IMG/VR virus record: IMGVR_UViG_3300005805_000183
Span: 1 to 40,358 of that record
From: a virus
Lineage: Duplodnaviria > Caudoviricetes
Length of the DNA: 40,358 bases
Reading direction: 5' to 3' (one strand)
Shown here piece after piece: positions 34,509 to 40,358 of the stretch. The notes beneath the pieces were generated by a model that saw nothing but the letters and a program-made list of their open reading frames with translations, ran no database searches and was not told the origin of the DNA. How positions within the stretch are numbered: the stretch's first letter is position 1; each line of letters opens with the position of its first letter. A program made the position numbers and the translations under genes.

Positions 34509-35066
34509 CTACCACCAAGTTTCCCAGTGAAAGTCAATCCACTGTGGATCTTCGTGTTTGTTCACACTCATGGCATGATAGTCAACTTCCTTAAACTCAC
34601 TGCTTTCGTTATTGACCAACACAGCAAATCGTACATTGTGATGCCAGACTGATTCCCATGCCTCGGCCTGGTTTGCCCAGCAGTTGGATCTCCAGTTTTT
34701 CTGTATCCATTGCAGGGTAGCACCGGAATCATTGATGTCGTCAACAATCAAGATCTTTTTGCGATAACTGGGATCCCAGCGGCTGCCCACAGCATCTAGA
34801 TCTTCCAAGGGCGTGACGCCAAATGCCTCGTCGGCCATCCAGAGATTGCTTTCGCAATCGTCAGTGCCGTGACGCAGACTGACCTTGAGAGTGTGCATGG
34901 GTACGTCAAGATACTGGCTGATCATGACAGCCGGTACAAGTCCTCCTCGGGTAATACCCACCACATAGTCAGGACGCCAGCCTTGATTGTGCATCTGTCG
35001 GCATAGTTCTTGAATGCAGCTTTCTATTTGTTGCCAGTTCAGTTTGACTTTTTTCATGTTAGACAT
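34509..35066 (-). CDS. type I phosphoribosyltransferase (purine PRT-like)
   Basis: GITRGGL, ILIVDDINDSGAT PRPP-binding loop, WIDFHWE. Confidence 0.88.
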   Translation of the reverse strand: MSNMKKVKLNWQQIESCIQELCRQMHNQGWRPDYVVGITRGGLVPAVMISQYLDVPMHTLKVSLRHGTDDCESNLWMADEAFGVTPLEDLDAVGSRWDPSYRKKILIVDDINDSGATLQWIQKNWRSNCWANQAEAWESVWHHNVRFAVLVNNESSEFKEVDYHAMSVNKHEDPQWIDFHWETWW

Positions 35067-35067
35067 C

Positions 35068-35940
35068 TTATATTTTAGATCCGGGGGATGTCACGGGTCG
35101 ACCACTAGAATCCAGTTTGAACTGCATCATCTGTCCATGGGTGTCGTTCTCTTTGAGTTTCTGCCAAGGGTCCTGAGTTCCAGACTTGACATTTTCCCAC
35201 CAAGTGGTATCAAGTCCCAGTTCCCGCATGTGAGCAGCCAACCGATCAGTATCAGTTATGCGCTTCTGAGCCCAGGCAGGGTGATGGAAATCTTTGGGGT
35301 TGCTGGGATTGCCCTCAAACACTTCGCGTTCTTGATAGGTGCTGTCGTTGTTGTTGCCGGTGAGATCAAAGCGATCGTGCGACACATGCACATCTATGCG
35401 TTCTAGAATGTTCAGCATGTAGGCCTGTTGACTGAGCCATGCGTCGGTGAGACTATGTGGGCTCAGATAATCCCCCAAGATATCAAACCATTCACGAGGC
35501 ACTATGGGAAAGATACTGTAAGGATGGTCTCGGTGTGTGCGCACTGACAACAATCGAAATTGGCCAGTGCGAGCAGTTATCTCAGTGTCCCAACCCAGAG
35601 TCTGCATCACAGCGTCGTCATTCCAGAAAAACAACCAGTCAGCGTCGCTCTGTGTAGCCAGGCGATTCACGTATTCGTGTAGTCGAGCATAACCCATGGG
35701 TTCAAATACCAGGGCCTTGTAGTTTACATTTTTTTCCAGCAACCAGGGGCGAACCTGCTCCATAAAATGAGTTTTGCCCACAGTATCATCTCGATCAAAC
35801 CCCAGCAAGAACTGCACAGATTTGAGATCATGCGCGGATTCTATCATGGACCGTAGGCTTTTTTCTAGTGCCTGTGTCCGTGCCCTAGTAGGCAATAGCA
35901 CCGCAATCTTGAATTGACGATTAGTCATCAAACTCATCAT
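35068..35940 (-). CDS. GT-A (family 2-like) glycosyltransferase
   Basis: IAVLLPTRAR, FDRDD, FFWNDDA. Confidence 0.75.
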   Translation of the reverse strand: MMSLMTNRQFKIAVLLPTRARTQALEKSLRSMIESAHDLKSVQFLLGFDRDDTVGKTHFMEQVRPWLLEKNVNYKALVFEPMGYARLHEYVNRLATQSDADWLFFWNDDAVMQTLGWDTEITARTGQFRLLSVRTHRDHPYSIFPIVPREWFDILGDYLSPHSLTDAWLSQQAYMLNILERIDVHVSHDRFDLTGNNNDSTYQEREVFEGNPSNPKDFHHPAWAQKRITDTDRLAAHMRELGLDTTWWENVKSGTQDPWQKLKENDTHGQMMQFKLDSSGRPVTSPGSKI

Positions 35941-36400
35941 CCCCCCGGTGGCCCACTCTCATGGCCATGTTAGAATCAGTTTCGCGCACTTCAACTCGAC
36001 AGCACCAAACTCGTTTGGCTTCTTCGGCGCCATATTGCGGAAGAAAAATTGTGTTTATATATTCATAGAGAAAGTCAGCAATACCTTCACATCCAGTTCG
36101 TTCAACTTCGGTGATCTTGGCCAGGCCCAGCCGGCCCAGGCGCAGCAGTTCTTCGCGCTGGGGATCATCCTCGGCCACCAAGAGGGTGTGATCAAACCAT
36201 TCCTCTAGCTTGTCTTTGAGTGGCCGCAGGCCACCAAAGTCCATCGCCCAGTTACGAGCATCCAGTGTGTCACACTCAAATTCAAAGTGAAAGCTGAGTG
36301 CATAGCCGTGAATGAGATTGCAGTGACTATCGGCGCGCCACTGACGATAGGCCACAGGACCTATCTGTCTGTATGTCTTGGTTGAAATCCATTTTGCCAT
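35921..36400 (-). CDS. queD: 6-carboxytetrahydropterin synthase
   Basis: HCNLIHGY, MDFG, FDH, EVRET. Confidence 0.88.
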   Translation of the reverse strand: MAKWISTKTYRQIGPVAYRQWRADSHCNLIHGYALSFHFEFECDTLDARNWAMDFGGLRPLKDKLEEWFDHTLLVAEDDPQREELLRLGRLGLAKITEVERTGCEGIADFLYEYINTIFLPQYGAEEAKRVWCCRVEVRETDSNMAMRVGHRGDDEFDD

Positions 36401-36438
36401 CGTTGATTCCTTTTGCTGTAAAAAATATTTTGAGACAG

Positions 36439-36723
36439 TTACTTATCACTGTATATATTGGACCAGATTTTGAGTTTCTCGATCTTGGTCTGCTTGTGTT
36501 CACTCAAGAGATCTGTGTGCAAGATACCTTCGTCGACCAAGAGATCAATCATGGCCAGGAGATCTCCTACTTCCTCGCACAATTTTTCAGTATTGGTGAT
36601 GCCACGATGGCTACTCACATGTTCGCATCCTAGCCCAAAACGAAAAATCTTGGATACCACCTGTATGACTTCGGCACATTCTTCTTGTGTGATAGTCAGT
36701 ATCTCTTGCTGACGTGGCGTCAT
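36439..36723 (-). CDS. MazG-like nucleotide pyrophosphohydrolase
   Basis: QEECAEVIQ...K..RFG...EEVGD. Confidence 0.8.
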   Translation of the reverse strand: MTPRQQEILTITQEECAEVIQVVSKIFRFGLGCEHVSSHRGITNTEKLCEEVGDLLAMIDLLVDEGILHTDLLSEHKQTKIEKLKIWSNIYSDK

Positions 36724-37499
36724 CTCGGGGCAAAGTCCTGTTGCAGTTTGATATTATCCATGAACTCTTTCTTGACCCCAACATCTGTGCGAAACACACC
36801 ATGCAGCACAGTGGTTTGAGTGAGACTGCTATGAGCCATGATGCCTCTATTTGTGCAACAGCCGTGGTCGGCGCCGATATACACGCCCACATCCTGGCTC
36901 TCGGTCACTCGCATGATCTCTCGGGCAATGTCGTTGCACAGTTCTTCCTGCAGGGTTCCACGACGAGCACACCACTGCGCGATGCGAGTATATTTGCTGA
37001 GTCCGATCAACTTGTGTGCTGCTAGAATGCCAATATAGGCCACTCCAGTCACGGGCTGGTGATGGTGACTGCACATGCTGCGAAGTTCACTGCGTACTAC
37101 CAGCATGCCTTCATAGCGGCCCTCTGAATCATTGGGGAAAGCGGTACATTCGGGAGCAGGATCATACCGACCACGCATGACTTCGTTGATGTACATCTTG
37201 GCCATTCGCCGTGCAGTGCCGCGGCTGTTGGGATCGTTTGCTCGATCAATAATCAAACTGTCTAGTACCTGTTCAAATGCTCGAGCAGTTTCATTGATCA
37301 GTGATTCGCGTTCGCCGGGTTCCAACCACTTGCTGATGTTGTCACCGGCCCAGTATCGACCACCCCCGGCCTCAATACGGTCCCGAATTGCCGAGCTGAC
37401 TGAAGTATCGGGTGTATCCTCAGATGATTCTACAAACACTTGAGTGCTCAAGGGCACAAATTTACGTTTAGGCATGAGTTCTTTGAATTCGTTTGACAT
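36720..37499 (-). CDS. folE: GTP cyclohydrolase I
   Basis: SMCSHH, IGLSK, LQEEL, HGCCTNRG. Confidence 0.95.
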   Translation of the reverse strand: MSNEFKELMPKRKFVPLSTQVFVESSEDTPDTSVSSAIRDRIEAGGGRYWAGDNISKWLEPGERESLINETARAFEQVLDSLIIDRANDPNSRGTARRMAKMYINEVMRGRYDPAPECTAFPNDSEGRYEGMLVVRSELRSMCSHHHQPVTGVAYIGILAAHKLIGLSKYTRIAQWCARRGTLQEELCNDIAREIMRVTESQDVGVYIGADHGCCTNRGIMAHSSLTQTTVLHGVFRTDVGVKKEFMDNIKLQQDFAPR

Positions 37500-37540
37500 G
37501 TTGACTCCTGTGTGTATTATAAAGATTATTTAGGTCGTGG

Positions 37541-38119
37541 TCAATATATTTTGATGTTTCGGCAATCAGGATACTCAACAGCCTGCGATTGTGCCTGATG
37601 AGTGAGCAAGGCCCGGATACCTAGCTCACAGATCTCCAGGGTGGGACAATAATGGTACCCTACTCGAAAAACCTGTTGCGCCGGCCAAGGCTGAACCAAG
37701 AGGTCTCGTCCGTCACTGCGCATGTGGCTGATTTGATCCCAGGCTTCCACGTCATCCAGCAGTATGGCACCGCATCTGCCCAGTTGCAATGGTTTACTGT
37801 GCCCAAAGCTGAGACACTGCATCTGTCCCTCACGATACATGTCGCGTTCCAGGCGGCGAGCTGAATCCCAGATACGAGTGTCGTAAAACTGATACTCGCC
37901 CTGCCAGGTCTGATCCAGCATCTCATACGCAATGCCCAATCGGTGCATGATCATGGGTACACTGATATAGGTATAGGCCGAAAAGTTACAGTGCTGTACC
38001 CGGTCAAACCGCATACACAGTTCAATGGCATGAGTACAGCAGTCGGTCACAACCACATAAGGTGCTCCGGTGTATTCGCTCAGTGCCCGCTCAAATTCAA
38101 AGAGAGCGTCAAAACTCAT
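37541..38119 (-). CDS. short DegT/DnrJ/EryC1/StrS-like PLP aminotransferase
   Basis: FERAL...DCCTHA, IWDSA, CLSFGHSKPL..G.CGAIL. Confidence 0.8.
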   Translation of the reverse strand: MSFDALFEFERALSEYTGAPYVVVTDCCTHAIELCMRFDRVQHCNFSAYTYISVPMIMHRLGIAYEMLDQTWQGEYQFYDTRIWDSARRLERDMYREGQMQCLSFGHSKPLQLGRCGAILLDDVEAWDQISHMRSDGRDLLVQPWPAQQVFRVGYHYCPTLEICELGIRALLTHQAQSQAVEYPDCRNIKIY

Positions 38120-39060
38120 CGATTATACCAGTTCCAGGCATGCTGGATCATGTGATCTAGATCGTATTGTGGTTGCCAACCCGATGCTTTGTGGAAATGA
38201 TCAGAAGATGCTGTCAGTTCAGCAGGATCACCTGCACGGGCATTGCCAATCACTAGATCTAGATTCTGCCCAGTCACTCTACAGGCAGCATCAACCACCT
38301 GTCTCACACTATGCCCCCAACCGGTACCTAGGTTGTATGCCCCACTCTGCACCTGAGATGACAGTGCCCGGGCATGTGCTTGTGCGATGTCACTCACATG
38401 CACATAGTCACGCACACAGGTGCCGTCGGGTGTGGGGTAACGATCACCATAGATAGTGAAAGATTTGTGATCGCGTATGCTTTCTAACACACGGGCAATC
38501 ACATGCGTGGCCTGATCTGCTTGTCCGTGACGTGCCAGGGGATCGGCGCCGCAGGCGTTGAAGTAGCGGAACGACACATAGCTCAATCCATATGCTCGGG
38601 CATAGCTGGCCAGCATCCATTCGATCATGGCCTTGCTCTCACCATAGGGCGAGATAGGCAGTATGGGATCCACCTCGCTGCAGGGTGTCATGATCGGGTC
38701 TCCATACACACTGGCCGAGCTGCTGAAGATGAATCGAGTTTTGGGCGACACTGCCAGGATATGATCTACCAGTTGCTTGGTTTTGACGAAATTGTTGTGA
38801 TAATAGTCGGTGGGATACTGCATGCTGGGACCAACCAAGCTGGTCCCAGCACAGTGTACCACAGCATCAGGCCGAAGATCACGTATCCAACGCAACGAAT
38901 CGTCGCCCACGATATCTGCTACCAAGGTCTTGGCCGTGGACAACACTTTGCCCAGGGGCATCTTGTGATCAATGCCGATCACTTCGTGCCCATGATCTCT
39001 GAGATGCAGCAGAGTTTGACCACCAATGTATCCTGCCGCTCCTGTGACCATTACTTTCAT
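38116..39060 (-). CDS. galE: UDP-glucose 4-epimerase-like NAD-dependent epimerase
   Basis: TGAAGYIG, FSSSASVYG, YGESK, RYFNACG, DGTCVRDYVHV. Confidence 0.88.
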   Translation of the reverse strand: MKVMVTGAAGYIGGQTLLHLRDHGHEVIGIDHKMPLGKVLSTAKTLVADIVGDDSLRWIRDLRPDAVVHCAGTSLVGPSMQYPTDYYHNNFVKTKQLVDHILAVSPKTRFIFSSSASVYGDPIMTPCSEVDPILPISPYGESKAMIEWMLASYARAYGLSYVSFRYFNACGADPLARHGQADQATHVIARVLESIRDHKSFTIYGDRYPTPDGTCVRDYVHVSDIAQAHARALSSQVQSGAYNLGTGWGHSVRQVVDAACRVTGQNLDLVIGNARAGDPAELTASSDHFHKASGWQPQYDLDHMIQHAWNWYNR

Positions 39061-39061
39061 A

Positions 39062-40288
39062 CTAGCCCTCGACCACGTGGTACTTGTTGGATGCCGCATG
39101 ATCTCGGTAGCGACTTCCGCCTCGATACCAGGGTCGGGCTCGACATTCCATGCCACCTTCGGCCACGGTACCTGCTGTTTCCATGATGTCCACGATACGA
39201 TCGATAGTGCCGTCGGTCCAGTCCGAGATTAGGCCCTGGTTGTGATGCGGTGTTCGCAACAGCTTCTCCAGTTTGCAGTAGGCATCGTCGATGCTCCAAG
39301 GCACATACATACGATTAGGATCGTTGGCAAACACTTCGGGGAAGCTGCGATAGGCCGGATACAGTACGTTGGCACCCAGGGCATCTGCTTCGCTCACAGT
39401 GTTGCTGACCCAGTCCTGCAGAGCGCAGTTGAACAAAACCCGAGTGTGATTGAGATGCTGGTAGTATTGATTCTTGCTGAGTTCTTGGTAGATCCGCAGT
39501 CGACCTTGTGCGGCCATCGCACGGGCTCGTTCCACATATTCAGGACGATTGCTGCGTAGAGCTCCACCCTGATAGATAGCAAATTCTACCGGGAACGGCC
39601 CTTGCTCGTGCCACATATCAATAAGATCCATGTAGAAACCGGGCTGTTTTTCCTGATCCCACCGGGCAGCAAACCCCACTCGCATGGGACGACTTTCAAA
39701 TGGCGTGATGTTGTTGGCACCCACGCGATCACGCACCTCTTGCTTGCCGAATGCCAGGCCCGACACATTGTAGATTGGAGCACGCCAGCCCGCGATGCGC
39801 ATGTGGGCTACCATCTCTTCAGATGTGGCCAACACGCCGGTTACGAACTCGTTGCACATGTGTTCGTACATGCTCATCCAGCGGCTCATGCCCCATACAT
39901 GCACAAAGTCATCGGGGTCAATGGTCTGGGCCAGGCAGCGCACAAATACCCTGGGACGATATTCTGCACCGACCTGGTCCATGATGTAGGGAAGGCTCTC
40001 CATGCCAGGCTGAAACATGTCTTCAAAATAGACCACGTCGTCGGCAGTGACTTGGCCTTGGCGCATCATTCGCACCAGGTTCATCATCTGGCTCATACCA
40101 AAATAGCTGCGGCCATGTGCGTCCAGGACCTGCCCCACCGATATGGCTTGGCTGTCGTCAATGTTTTCACCGGGTACATAGACCACGTCCAGCCCTCGAC
40201 GCTCAAACACTCTGCGATTCCATTCTGTGAGTTGGAGAGTGTATCTTTCTTGATAAGGCTCCAGGCCCATGTAGAAAAGTTTTCTCAT
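39062..40288 (-). CDS. GT-B glycosyltransferase-like protein
   Basis: FAARWDQEKQP, EADALGANVLYP..RSFPE; start MRKLFY. Confidence 0.75.
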   Translation of the reverse strand: MRKLFYMGLEPYQERYTLQLTEWNRRVFERRGLDVVYVPGENIDDSQAISVGQVLDAHGRSYFGMSQMMNLVRMMRQGQVTADDVVYFEDMFQPGMESLPYIMDQVGAEYRPRVFVRCLAQTIDPDDFVHVWGMSRWMSMYEHMCNEFVTGVLATSEEMVAHMRIAGWRAPIYNVSGLAFGKQEVRDRVGANNITPFESRPMRVGFAARWDQEKQPGFYMDLIDMWHEQGPFPVEFAIYQGGALRSNRPEYVERARAMAAQGRLRIYQELSKNQYYQHLNHTRVLFNCALQDWVSNTVSEADALGANVLYPAYRSFPEVFANDPNRMYVPWSIDDAYCKLEKLLRTPHHNQGLISDWTDGTIDRIVDIMETAGTVAEGGMECRARPWYRGGSRYRDHAASNKYHVVEG

Positions 40289-40358
40289 CACACTCCCCGC
40301 GCCTGGCGGATCAACTGGTCCCACATGTTCTTGACCGGTTTGTTCTGCAAAAACTTGT
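40288..40358 (-). CDS. 3' end of an upstream gene (partial)
   Basis: ...KFLQNKPVKNMWDQLIRQARGV* with TGATG overlap. Confidence 0.5.
   Translation of the reverse strand, partial: KFLQNKPVKNMWDQLIRQARGV

Noticed and set aside
1-40358. Genome-wide UGA or UAG recoding
   Set aside because: Conserved genes are intact in code 11, TGA and TAG end many genes at natural positions, and no suppressor tRNA is seen.

Overview
Segment of a large (jumbo-type) dsDNA phage genome, mostly on the minus strand. A betaproteobacterial host is a tentative inference from two Bug/TctC genes and a permuted tmRNA. Left part: VWA/metallopeptidase plus MoxR ATPase, a circularly permuted tmRNA, phosphoesterase, phosphatase, an RpoZ homologue and an RF1-like release factor interrupted by an in-frame UGA. 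Middle: about 40 tRNA genes covering all 20 amino acids, several with odd architectures and one with a group I intron, interleaved with a ~890-nt GOLLD-like RNA, an array of four conserved-stem/variable-loop cassettes and other structured RNAs. Upstream of the tRNA array is a 48-codon leader peptide using all 20 amino acids whose stop codon lies in an antiterminator that competes with an intrinsic terminator; this is the most interesting candidate, a possible global tRNA-depletion attenuator. Right part: AhpC, RNase H-like exonuclease, MazG-like enzymes and a folE/queD/queE cluster mixed with a phosphoribosyltransferase and sugar-modifying enzymes. All calls were made by eye and coordinates may be off by a few bases.
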